Shown here: one piece after another, positions 48,701 to 56,882 of the stretch
Layout: the number at the start of each line of letters is the position of its first letter
Position numbering within the stretch: position 1 is the stretch's first letter
Assembly (NCBI RefSeq): GCF_004765795.1
Contig: NZ_SBIV01000003.1
Coordinates: forward strand, 372,001-436,000
Direction of reading: 5' to 3'
Source: Halorussus marinus
GTDB taxonomy: Archaea > Halobacteriota > Halobacteria > Halobacteriales > Haladaptataceae
DNA: 64,000 nt
Position numbers and translations under genes: made by a program
The notes under the pieces: generated by a model
What the model saw: only the letters and a program-made list of their open reading frames with translations
Databases searched by the model: none
Told to the model about the DNA's origin: nothing

Positions 48701-49547
48701 GTTCCGGACCGCCATCACCACGAACGCCGTTGAGTCCCGTGTCCGCCAGCTGATGAAGGACGCCGGCTGCGTCGACCCCGAGACCATGCACTACGGCGAG
48801 GAGAAGAGCCGGAACGACTTCGCCCACGAGCGCGCCGGGCTCGTCAACGGCTGCATCGACCCGGGCGACCACTTCGTCCTCGATCTCCTCGCCGAGCTCG
48901 ATCTCGACGCCGAACCCGAGACCACTAGGGACGACGACGGCACCGAACACCGCGCCCACGGCCGTGGGTTCGTCGGCGAGGACGCCGAGGTCGCCAAAGA
49001 GATCCTGGCGTCAGTCCGGGAGAACCATACCGCGCAGGCCGCCGGCCGGTACGCTCGAGATCCGAGCGACCCCGACAGCCACGCCACCGTCTTCGTCCGG
49101 ACCGACGCCATGCCCGCCGGGTTCGCCGACGTCCAAGTCTCGGGCGTCGAATGGGTCTACACCGACACCCAGCGCGAGATCGTGGAGTCTCTCCGGGACG
49201 CGACCGGCACGGTCACCGCGGCGGATGTCGCTGACGAGGTCGGCTGCTCGAAAGAACACGTCCGGACGACGTTCACTCGCCTCGAGGAGCGCGACCTCCT
49301 GCAGGCGTTCGAGGGTGCAGGTCCGAACGGTGCGACACTCTACGCGGACGACGGTTGTCCGAACTCGGGGATGGTCGACGTCCAGCCCTCGACTACCAAC
49401 AGCAACGTATGGGAGTCCTATACGGCATCGTTGGCGATTCGCGACCCCGTCACGTCCGAGCGAGGCCCAGCTGACGAGTCGGCCACGTCGACGACGGCTC
49501 GAACGGAGGTGTGGGACTGGCAATCGGCCAGTGACCCGCCCAGTTAG
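45786..49547 (+). CDS. Viral replication protein: AEP primase-polymerase + SF2 (XPD/DinG-like) helicase + C-terminal HTH
   Basis: YIDGD, DVSTSGAGAH, IEVY..R...TG; DAPTSLGKS, VVFATHN, IVIDEEP, QAAGRYAR; TAADVADEVGCSKEHVR. Confidence 0.8.
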   Translation: MSDVPNLDWAALIWETQGFLGLDTDEPVPKAELKETALANGWTEREFNEALRSTDDVEAVGDSLASNPDLQLVAGDDETVDEPTAEEAADAAVGADRLRDHGHNRAGDHGTWADAEFASPESNVWPAELLDREQWMGHVDKKPFAPWGDRNAPAECSEDGHDTAATCDCDARWKWGYTDHYVDGETVAMAEVDNRLDGRAFLQQPDDPYVYIDGDDVRDENGEVHPAFEAILEHLGLTYADVSTSGAGAHAIYRGELPDGVKQASWQIDDEPWGDNDELPSIEVYPGKRVCVMTGEHIPGTPTEVREWNDDVLDALLEANDEVASSQRGDVSTARDDYDLDDYEPAATSSEETTDDIRDIFAAIDRLDARRVAERTIVHAWNDTASTSDGKRAFVPTWGKNSNGTANVVDDQIWQDTGDRGGYGGPVVMALIDAGEMRPENASPRQASGELWWRGIENLRDLGFDIPELERSTANTSGDTSDDRPALLDDAFESEDDVESQPVSSLPVGQLEHLSHEERKRAAKKRGLDWPSTREARDQLFATITQVMRNEDTAVVDAPTSLGKSHTVATTAWNSNPSLNGVAGGAPVIHLQATRDARDEAIEAAQGEDDIDHFVLRARHEACTVAAGDYDPPEDDEDIDYTPITMDGMAASEWIKMMCEGRGLPFSHVHRRLEDHNDQGADLPCCSGQTTYDEDEGDFDETPSECPAIRQWETFRNKREEGLDVVFATHNFAHVPGLRMGTNIVIDEEPDFVQDMDKQRVEEAVTAYLQAIDAPVTNWESFITLARHDGYQGDAANERDALQDALDQEPPAEHYFEDPRAHTMAPALARAIFHAEDRGNGRRVGKTSYEPPRLDAQVSDEDGWNREWVSVVLSEDNELWTVRCAPDFSQARSVVGLDAHPARPKWAVDVHPNIHVKEVLDPEARQLWRRFERGLRVVQVGTATRPLASGEYFNEDQVRALVEHLQDEYGHQFRTAITTNAVESRVRQLMKDAGCVDPETMHYGEEKSRNDFAHERAGLVNGCIDPGDHFVLDLLAELDLDAEPETTRDDDGTEHRAHGRGFVGEDAEVAKEILASVRENHTAQAAGRYARDPSDPDSHATVFVRTDAMPAGFADVQVSGVEWVYTDTQREIVESLRDATGTVTAADVADEVGCSKEHVRTTFTRLEERDLLQAFEGAGPNGATLYADDGCPNSGMVDVQPSTTNSNVWESYTASLAIRDPVTSERGPADESATSTTARTEVWDWQSASDPPS

Positions 49548-49607
49548 CGGCACGAATCCCGGACTGCTCGCCCCGAAGAGTAGCTGCAGGACTGTCCGAC
49601 TACATCC

Positions 49608-49886
49608 ATGACCTCGCTCAATATCGACTCCGACCGGGTTCGAGATCTCCCACCGAGCGCGAAGCTTGTCTACTTCATCCTGCAGGAGAACGCACCCCTC
49701 ACCCAAGCGGAGTTGATCGAGCGAACTGCCCTCCCCGGTCGGACAGTCCGAGACGCCTTAGAGCGTCTCGATGACGTTGGCGTGCTCGACGAGCGCCCCT
49801 ACGTCGACGATGCTCGGAAGAACCTCTACGAGCTCGCGCCAGGGTCCGAAAGAACCGGGGATAATTCCGGAACAGAATGGCACTAA
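49608..49886 (+). CDS. MarR-like winged-helix protein
   Basis: LPPSAKLVY..L...PLTQAELIERT.LP.RTVR.AL...DARK.LY. Confidence 0.85.
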   Translation: MTSLNIDSDRVRDLPPSAKLVYFILQENAPLTQAELIERTALPGRTVRDALERLDDVGVLDERPYVDDARKNLYELAPGSERTGDNSGTEWH

Positions 49887-50004
49887 TACCTTCTTGCCCT
49901 TTCTTTCTGACAACAGGACCGCCCGTCGCTCGGATGCTCGCGACTGCAGTTGTCGCGAGCGATGAAGGGGGACGAACCACAGCGACAGCTTTCCTCTTGA
50001 GACG

Positions 50005-50535
50005 ATGAAAGGCGCACACAAATTCAGCCCCAACAGCGGCGCACCACTCAGTCGCGACCGGCGGTATCCTGGAACGATCCCGCTGCGCGAAGCCCTCGAC
50101 GGAAGCGGCGAACTCTCGAACGGCAAACTCGTCTCCGACACCGCGACCGCACTCGCCCGCTACTTCAAGCGGATGCATCAGCGACGCCACACCCACGAGG
50201 ACGCCGAGCTCTACCAGGCGGCCGCGCTCGCGATCAAGCGACTCCGCGAGCACGACCCCTGGGACTGTTGGCTCTGGTATGCGCTCGCTGAGCGCCTCCA
50301 CCGTCGCGACGACGTCGACGCCGATGTCGCGTGGATGCTCGACCACGTCGAAGCCCGGTGTCCGCGCTGCGGGAGCCGACTCCAGTACGAACCGTCGGTC
50401 TCGGGCTACGCGAACGCGAAGTGCGCCTCGTCGTGTGGCGCCGGCCACACTGACCGCACCGTCGAGATCGTCGAGCGCGTCCTCGACCTCTACGCGGACA
50501 CGTTCGACGAGATCGACCGGATCACGCTCTTCTAA
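50005..50535 (+). CDS. Viral protein with C-terminal zinc ribbon
   Basis: CPRCG...CASSC. Confidence 0.7.
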   Translation: MKGAHKFSPNSGAPLSRDRRYPGTIPLREALDGSGELSNGKLVSDTATALARYFKRMHQRRHTHEDAELYQAAALAIKRLREHDPWDCWLWYALAERLHRRDDVDADVAWMLDHVEARCPRCGSRLQYEPSVSGYANAKCASSCGAGHTDRTVEIVERVLDLYADTFDEIDRITLF

Positions 50536-50924
50536 TGCTCGAAACAGTCCCCGACGGCCACACGCTCGCTCCCCACCACTACACGTGGGGCGCGCTGCTC
50601 GCGTTCTGGGCCGCGACCTACGCCTGGGACGCGATGACCGACCGCGAGCCAGTGGTCGTCACGCTCGGCCTCGCCGTCGGCCTGTTCTCGTTCGTCTCGA
50701 TCTGGCGATTCTACTCGGTCGCCGGCTCGATCGGATCGCTGCTCGGGATCGTCATCACGACGGCCGGCCTGCTGCGCTTCCGCCAGTACGCCACCCGGGT
50801 CGCGTTCGCAGCGGCCGTGATCGGCGTGCTCGCGATGGTCGACGACTGGACGTCGCACACGCTCGAAATCTGGACGCCGCTCGACTGGCTGTTCGAGGCC
50901 TACATCCTCGGCCTCATCACCTAA
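50535..50924 (+). CDS. Viral four-TM membrane protein
   Basis: PHHYTWG...VDDWTSH; TAATG overlap. Confidence 0.75.
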   Translation: MLETVPDGHTLAPHHYTWGALLAFWAATYAWDAMTDREPVVVTLGLAVGLFSFVSIWRFYSVAGSIGSLLGIVITTAGLLRFRQYATRVAFAAAVIGVLAMVDDWTSHTLEIWTPLDWLFEAYILGLIT

Positions 50925-50926
50925 CC

Positions 50927-51181
50927 ATGACACAACACACTGACGTTCCACGACTGATCCGCACAGTACTCGCCGGCATCATCATCCTCGGCCTCTTCGC
51001 ATCCTGGCTCGGGATGGAGTGGACCGGCCGCGAACCCGACTCGCTCATCCTGCTTGGCGCCGTCGCGATCGCGCTCGGCGCCGCCTACTACCTCTGGGAC
51101 GACGCGATGGGCGAGGGCGTCGCCGCAGTCGGCGACCTCCAGGGCAACGACAGCGACGACGGTGGGGAGTCCGGAGGGTGA
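50927..51181 (+). CDS. Viral two-TM membrane protein (holin-like topology)
   Basis: MTQHTDVPRLIRTVLAGIIILGLF...; acidic C-terminal tail. Confidence 0.7.
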   Translation: MTQHTDVPRLIRTVLAGIIILGLFASWLGMEWTGREPDSLILLGAVAIALGAAYYLWDDAMGEGVAAVGDLQGNDSDDGGESGG

Positions 51182-51507
51182 TGCATGCCATGGCCGCAGA
51201 ACCGACCCCATGCGATCGGCCGTGGTACTGCTCGGACAGGCTCGTCGACGACTGGAAGACCGTCCACCAGACGGGCGGTGATCTGAAGATGCTCAAGGGC
51301 CTGAAGATCATCCGGTCGATCGTCGTCAACATCGGCATCTCCGCCATCTCCATCCTCGGCCTGCGATACGGCGGCGACCCAACCGTCATCGTCCCGCTCG
51401 CGATCGCTGTCCTCGGCGCCTACAACGGTGTCGAGATCGCCGACTACCAAGCACTCGCCCAAGCGATCGTCGAGGTCAGTCAGGAGACCACCGCCGAGGA
51501 GGACTGA
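51181..51507 (+). CDS. Viral two-TM membrane protein
   Basis: RPWYC motif, then two hydrophobic helices; TGATG overlap (alternative start 51190). Confidence 0.7.
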   Translation: MHAMAAEPTPCDRPWYCSDRLVDDWKTVHQTGGDLKMLKGLKIIRSIVVNIGISAISILGLRYGGDPTVIVPLAIAVLGAYNGVEIADYQALAQAIVEVSQETTAEED

Positions 51508-51639
51508 TGGCGTGGACGTGTTCGAGCGGCGTCGCCGACGACTGCTCGGAAGGAGACCTTTTCGACCCGCCCCACCGGCAGGGCGACGCCGCGATCTGCG
51601 CGGCGTGCGCTCACGAACTCGGACTTTTGAGTGATTCCC

Positions 51640-52200
51640 ATGACTGAGGACCTGACCAGCATCGACGGCGTCGGATCCGCCATCGCCGACGAGCTCCGCG
51701 ACGCCGGCTACACCACCGCTGACGACGTCCGCGAAGCCACCGTCGACGAACTCGCCGACGTCCACCTGCTCGGGGAGGCCTCGGCCACCGCCATCCTCGA
51801 AGACGAGGACGACGTCCATGGCGGCCGGCCGTCGAAGTTCGAGCAGGTCAAAGACGATCTGCTGGAGGCGGCCGAGAGCTTCCTCAACCTCAAACAGGTC
51901 GCCAACAAAGGCGGTGTCTCACGGTCGACGCTCTACAAATACCTTGACGAGCACGAGGAGTTTTCGGACAGCTTTAAGCGCGCACGTGCGCGAGCCGCCG
52001 ACCAGCTCGTCCAGCGAGCGCTCGACCCCGAAGACGACATCGACACCACGTTCGCTCGATTTCTGCTCGAGCGGAGCTTCAAGTTCATCAAGACCGAGCG
52101 TCAAGAGGTCGATCTCAACGCCGATCATAGCTTCGACGCTAGCGAGGGCGTGACTGCCGAGTTCGTCAGTTACGAGGAGGCCGGCAATGGCAACAAGTAG
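51640..52200 (+). CDS. Putative terminase small subunit with N-terminal helix-hairpin-helix domain
   Basis: LTSIDGVGSAIADEL (HhH); GRPSKF, GVSRSTLYKYL..H.EFSD.FKRAR; FLLER; directly upstream of TerL. Confidence 0.8.
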   Translation: MTEDLTSIDGVGSAIADELRDAGYTTADDVREATVDELADVHLLGEASATAILEDEDDVHGGRPSKFEQVKDDLLEAAESFLNLKQVANKGGVSRSTLYKYLDEHEEFSDSFKRARARAADQLVQRALDPEDDIDTTFARFLLERSFKFIKTERQEVDLNADHSFDASEGVTAEFVSYEEAGNGNK

Positions 52201-53560
52201 CACACAGTCGGCGGGTCGCGAGCCGCTGCTCCCACGGCCACGGTTCACCACCCACGAGAAGCAGGTTGACGTCCTCACCTCGGACGCCCGGTACCGCGTC
52301 CTCAAGTGGGGGCGGCGCGCCGGGAAGAACATCTGCGCGGTGATGGATCTGGTCGAACTCGGCCGCGCGCCCTGGCTCTCCGACTGGGGGACTGACGACC
52401 CCGCGAACGCAGTATTTTGGTGGGTCGGCCCGAGCTACGACCAGGCGAAGAAGTACGGGTTCGAGCCGTTGAAGAGCGCGCTCCCCAACAGCTGGATCGA
52501 CGGTCAGCCTACGGAGTCTGAACCCTACGAGATCGACCTCGTCAATGGCATCACCTATGAGTTCCGGACGTTTGACCACCCGAAGACGCTGCAGGGGGCT
52601 GGCGTCGACCACGTCGTCATCGACGAGGCCGACTACATGCCGGACAACCTCTGGTATCAGGACCTCGACCCGATGCTCCTCGACTCTGGGGGCTCGGCGA
52701 TGTTCATCTCGAAGCCGGTTCGCCCGCGCTCGTATTTCCAGAAGTATTTCGACCTCGGGCAGTCCGCTGACTACCCCGAGTACTTTTCCAGCCATGCGAC
52801 GTCCGCCGACAACCCCTACCTCGCTGAAGATCCCGAAGACAAGCGAGGGACGATCCCCGAGCACGACTTCCAACGCGAGTACCTCGCCCAGCTCCCCGAC
52901 GACGGCGGCGAGGTATTCAAGAAACTCGGCGACCGGCTGTTCACCGCCACCTACCCGCTCAAGGGCGACATCGTCGAAGGAACCGGCGAGGCCAGACGTC
53001 CGGCAGAGAACTGCCGGCCGCCGTTCGCCGTCGGCGTCGACTTCGCCCGCCACCAGGACTACCGAGTGACGACCGTCCTCGACGCGACCGGCGAGATCGC
53101 GTACTTCTCACGCGACCAGAACGAGGGCTGGGACACCATCCAGGAGGACATCGAAGACGTCCACGCTGAGTACCCCGGCATCGTTCTTCCCGACGCCTCT
53201 CGCGACAACAAGATCGTCGCCGACCTCGCACAGGAAGGTGTCACACTTGACCCGGTCGGGATGTCGCCGAAGACGAAGAAGAGCCTGATCGACGACCTCG
53301 CGACCCGGATCGAGAACGAGGAGCTGACCGCCCCGAGCGTTCCCGAGCTCGACCAGCTCCGACTGGAGCTTCGCCAGCTGGAGCGCGACGTCACCGAGAC
53401 TGGCTACACCCGCTACCACGCGCCCGAGACAGGGCATGACGACTGCGTCGACTCACTGGCGCTGGCCGCCTCGGCGCTCGACCGGATTACCGCGGCCGCA
53501 CGCCGGCACGAGAAGCGTGACAGCGAAGATGACGACTCGACGGGAGTGAGCTACCTCTAA
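52187..53560 (+). CDS. Terminase large subunit
   Basis: GRRAGKN Walker A, VVIDEA, FQREYLA, VGVDFA, HDDCVDSLALA. Confidence 0.95.
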   Translation: MATSSTQSAGREPLLPRPRFTTHEKQVDVLTSDARYRVLKWGRRAGKNICAVMDLVELGRAPWLSDWGTDDPANAVFWWVGPSYDQAKKYGFEPLKSALPNSWIDGQPTESEPYEIDLVNGITYEFRTFDHPKTLQGAGVDHVVIDEADYMPDNLWYQDLDPMLLDSGGSAMFISKPVRPRSYFQKYFDLGQSADYPEYFSSHATSADNPYLAEDPEDKRGTIPEHDFQREYLAQLPDDGGEVFKKLGDRLFTATYPLKGDIVEGTGEARRPAENCRPPFAVGVDFARHQDYRVTTVLDATGEIAYFSRDQNEGWDTIQEDIEDVHAEYPGIVLPDASRDNKIVADLAQEGVTLDPVGMSPKTKKSLIDDLATRIENEELTAPSVPELDQLRLELRQLERDVTETGYTRYHAPETGHDDCVDSLALAASALDRITAAARRHEKRDSEDDDSTGVSYL

Positions 53561-53563
53561 ATC

Positions 53564-55435
53564 ATGACAGACGACACCCCAGACGACTCGGAGACGACGG
53601 TATCGCTCTCAGTGTCGACGCCCGGCAACAAGCGAGCGATGGAAAAAGCCGAGGAGACGACCCAGCTCGACGAACGCCGCATCGCCACCGACGTCGGCCG
53701 CGGCATCGTCCCGCCGTACAACCCCGAGACACTTGCTGCCTTCCAGGAGCTCAACGAAACCCATCAGGCGTGCCTCCGGAAGAAGGCGCGCTACGAGGTT
53801 GGCTACGGCTTCGACATCGTCCCCCATCCCAGCGCCGACGAACCCGACCCAGACGGTGAGGCCTACCAGACAGTCCACGACTTCTGGCATGGCTCGGACT
53901 CGCGCTGGCAGATCGGGCCCGAAGGCACCGCCGCTTCCACACCCGAGGAGGTACTCGAACTCTCCCGGCTCGACTATCACGGGATCGGCTGGGCCGCCCT
54001 CGAAGTCCTCGTCGAGGGCGACGGCACACCGATCGGGCTCGCACACGTCCCCGCGACGACCGTCCGCGTCCGCAAGACTACAACCACAGTCGAGAACGCC
54101 GACGGTGAGGAGCAGGAGGAGATCTTGAGCGGGCATGGCTACGTCCAGATCCGACAGGGCCGCCGCCGGTACTTCGGCGAGGCCGGCGACCGGTACGGTG
54201 ACGACCCGACGTTCGTCGACAAGGAGACCGGCGATGTCGCCAGCAGCGTCGACGCCCTCGAGAACGAACCGGCGAACGAGCTGATCTTCATCCCGAATCC
54301 GAGCCCGATCAGCCTCTACTACGGGATCCCCGACTGGGTCGCCGCGATGCGGACGATGGCCGCCGACGAGGCCGCCCAAGAATGGAACCACGACATCTTC
54401 GACAACCTCGGCATCCCCCACTACGCCATCAAAGTCACCGGCGGGAAGCTCACCGAGGAGTCGAAAGACCAACTCCGAGAACTCCAGCAGAACCTGAAAG
54501 GCGAGCCGTACCGGACGGCGATCCTCGAGGTTGACGAGTTCGAGCAACAGACCCCGCTGGAAGCCGAGGATGGGAGCGACGTCGAGATCGAGTTCGAGCC
54601 GTTGGGGGCGACGGACTCGAACGACATGGAGTTCCAGCAGTTCCGCGAGCGCAACGAGCACGAGATCGCGAAGGTCCACGAGGTCCCGCCGATCCTCATC
54701 AACGTCACGTCGACGTCGAACCGGTCGAACTCGGAGGCGCAGGTCCGGGAGTTCGCGGAGGACGTGATCGCGCCCGAGCAGGCGAAGTTCGAAGCCCGAC
54801 TGTACCGCATCCTCCACCAGACCGCGCTTGGCGTCGACGAGTGGACGGTCGACTTCGAGCTCCGGGGCGCCGATCGGCCCGCCGAGGAGGCGCGGACTGC
54901 CCGGACGAAGATCCAGGCGGTCCGTGGCGCGGTGCCGGTCAACCGGGCGTTGGAGATGATCGGCGAGGATCCGCTCCCCGACGATCATCCGGTCGATGGG
55001 GAGACGCTGGTCGCGAACGTCGGCAGCGAGTTCGACGACTCCACCGAGATGGGCGTGCAGTCGATGGGTCGGCCGGAGGCTGCGCCGCCGACAGAGAACA
55101 AGGTCGGCGAGCGCTCGGGGGTCACCGTCGAGCTCGACGACCCGCTCACGCCCGACGAGGCACGGGTCGACATGATGCAGTTCGAAAGCTCGAATCTCGT
55201 CGCCGGCCTCTACGACCGGCAGACGCGCGACCTCTACATCCGCTTCCACGGCGACCCGGTCGACCGGATCTACGTCTACCTCGACGTCCCCGAAGACACG
55301 TGGGCCGGCCTGAAGGACGCCGCCTCGCACGGCTCCTATCACCACGAGCACATCAAGTGGGACTTCGTCTACGAGGAGCTGACCGACACCAGCGGGTGGC
55401 CGCAGATTGGGGCCGCAGCGCCGACCGACGACTAG
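53564..55435 (+). CDS. Portal protein (PBSX/XkdE-like) with C-terminal KTSC domain
   Basis: PPYNP, YYGIPDW, DMEFQQFR..EIAKVHEVPP; residues ~537-605 SSNL..GLYD....LYIRF..Y.Y.DVP......L..A.S.GSY....I. Confidence 0.9.
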   Translation: MTDDTPDDSETTVSLSVSTPGNKRAMEKAEETTQLDERRIATDVGRGIVPPYNPETLAAFQELNETHQACLRKKARYEVGYGFDIVPHPSADEPDPDGEAYQTVHDFWHGSDSRWQIGPEGTAASTPEEVLELSRLDYHGIGWAALEVLVEGDGTPIGLAHVPATTVRVRKTTTTVENADGEEQEEILSGHGYVQIRQGRRRYFGEAGDRYGDDPTFVDKETGDVASSVDALENEPANELIFIPNPSPISLYYGIPDWVAAMRTMAADEAAQEWNHDIFDNLGIPHYAIKVTGGKLTEESKDQLRELQQNLKGEPYRTAILEVDEFEQQTPLEAEDGSDVEIEFEPLGATDSNDMEFQQFRERNEHEIAKVHEVPPILINVTSTSNRSNSEAQVREFAEDVIAPEQAKFEARLYRILHQTALGVDEWTVDFELRGADRPAEEARTARTKIQAVRGAVPVNRALEMIGEDPLPDDHPVDGETLVANVGSEFDDSTEMGVQSMGRPEAAPPTENKVGERSGVTVELDDPLTPDEARVDMMQFESSNLVAGLYDRQTRDLYIRFHGDPVDRIYVYLDVPEDTWAGLKDAASHGSYHHEHIKWDFVYEELTDTSGWPQIGAAAPTDD

Positions 55436-55511
55436 CCCGTGGACGCCGATGACCCAGGGGAGGTCCCGGCTCTCCTGTGCGAGGCACGACCGGGACGCAC
55501 GGATTCCATCG

Positions 55512-55622
55512 ATGACATCGAACAGTGACAAAGAGCGCGGCGAAAAGCGCGGCGTCCTCTCCTCCGGTCGTGCCAAAGACCTTGAGGACGCCGACGACGC
55601 CGCCAACGACGACGAGGACTGA
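55512..55622 (+). CDS. Possible 36-aa peptide upstream of the protease
   Basis: MTSNSDKERGEKRGVLSSGRAKDLEDADDAANDDED; stop 3 nt before the protease ATG. Confidence 0.45.
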   Translation: MTSNSDKERGEKRGVLSSGRAKDLEDADDAANDDED

Positions 55623-55625
55623 CAG

Positions 55626-56879
55626 ATGACCAGGCAGCGAAACGAACAGCACTACGAGAAACGCGTCGACTACGTCGCCAAAGACGAGGACGCCCAGACC
55701 GCGACGGGCGTCGTCATGGTGCCGTGGACGGTCGACCACCATGGCGACTGGGAGCGCCCCGAGACGATCGAGGCGTTTGCCGCCCAGTTCGAGGCGTTCA
55801 TGGACGTCGAGGAGGCCGACGGCGGCATCATGCACGCCGTCTGGCCCTCCGACTGGATGACGCTCGAACGGAACGAGGTGCTCGACGAGGCCGAGGAGAT
55901 CGGCGGCAAGACCGTCGACGCCGGCGCGTGGGTCCAGACGTGGGCCTACCACGACGACGAGCTCTGGAGCCTCGTCGCGGACGGCATCCTCGACGGCCAC
56001 TCCATCGGCGCGATCAACGTCGACTGGACGTACACCACTGACGACCCCGAGGAGCTCCCCGACGAGGTCTCCGTCCCAGACGCAGTCGATGTCGAGGAGT
56101 ACTGGGAGCTCACTGACGGCATCATGCAAGAAGTCAGCGCGGTCGACATCCCCGCGGTGCCTGACGCCCAGATCCTCTCGACGTCGAAAGCGCGGGCAGC
56201 GACCGCGGAGAAGCGGCTCGCCGACCACCTCGGCAACCGCGACGCCTTCATCGAGGAGGCGCTGGAGCGCGGCCACAGCGAGCAAGACGCCGAACGGCTG
56301 TGGGACGTGCTCGACCGCGGGATCAACGTCGAGGGCGCTGGCGAGCCCGGCGCCAAGAGCAAGCTGACGAGCGCCGCGACGGCGTTCCTCAACGCACTCA
56401 CCGGATCCGATGACGGCGACACAGGTGCGACGACGTCCGAGGCCTCGGGTGCTGGATCGACTGCCAAAGACGCCCCCGGCGGCGACACGCCGGCCGACGA
56501 CGATGGCGGCACAGAAGCCGCCGACGATTCTGACATGAGCAACGACGACGAGCCCCCGGAGTGGGCACAGGAACTCAAGGAACAGGTCGACGAACAGAGC
56601 AAGCGACTCGACGACGCCCTCGAGGCCGCCAGCGATGGCGGCGACGGCGAGAAGGACGCGTTCGCTGACGCTCCCGAGTGGGCGAAGGCGCTGAAGGAGG
56701 ACGTCGACAAGCAGGCCGAGCGCATCGACGCGATCTCGAAGCAGACCGGTGCGACCGAGAGCCAGCAGCTCGGCGGTGCCGAGAAGGGCGGCGACGGAGA
56801 CGGTGTCGACCGTCGGGCGGCGTTCTTCACGCCGGAGAGCAAGATGAGCGAGCTCGCAGGCAGCCAGGGAGGCCGATAG
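55626..56879 (+). CDS. Prohead protease (XkdF-like) fused to scaffold region
   Basis: GVVMVP..VDHHGD, GIMH, GHSIG, EVSAVDIPAVP; C-terminal PEWA coiled-coil repeats. Confidence 0.88.
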   Translation: MTRQRNEQHYEKRVDYVAKDEDAQTATGVVMVPWTVDHHGDWERPETIEAFAAQFEAFMDVEEADGGIMHAVWPSDWMTLERNEVLDEAEEIGGKTVDAGAWVQTWAYHDDELWSLVADGILDGHSIGAINVDWTYTTDDPEELPDEVSVPDAVDVEEYWELTDGIMQEVSAVDIPAVPDAQILSTSKARAATAEKRLADHLGNRDAFIEEALERGHSEQDAERLWDVLDRGINVEGAGEPGAKSKLTSAATAFLNALTGSDDGDTGATTSEASGAGSTAKDAPGGDTPADDDGGTEAADDSDMSNDDEPPEWAQELKEQVDEQSKRLDDALEAASDGGDGEKDAFADAPEWAKALKEDVDKQAERIDAISKQTGATESQQLGGAEKGGDGDGVDRRAAFFTPESKMSELAGSQGGR

Positions 56880-56882
56880 AAC

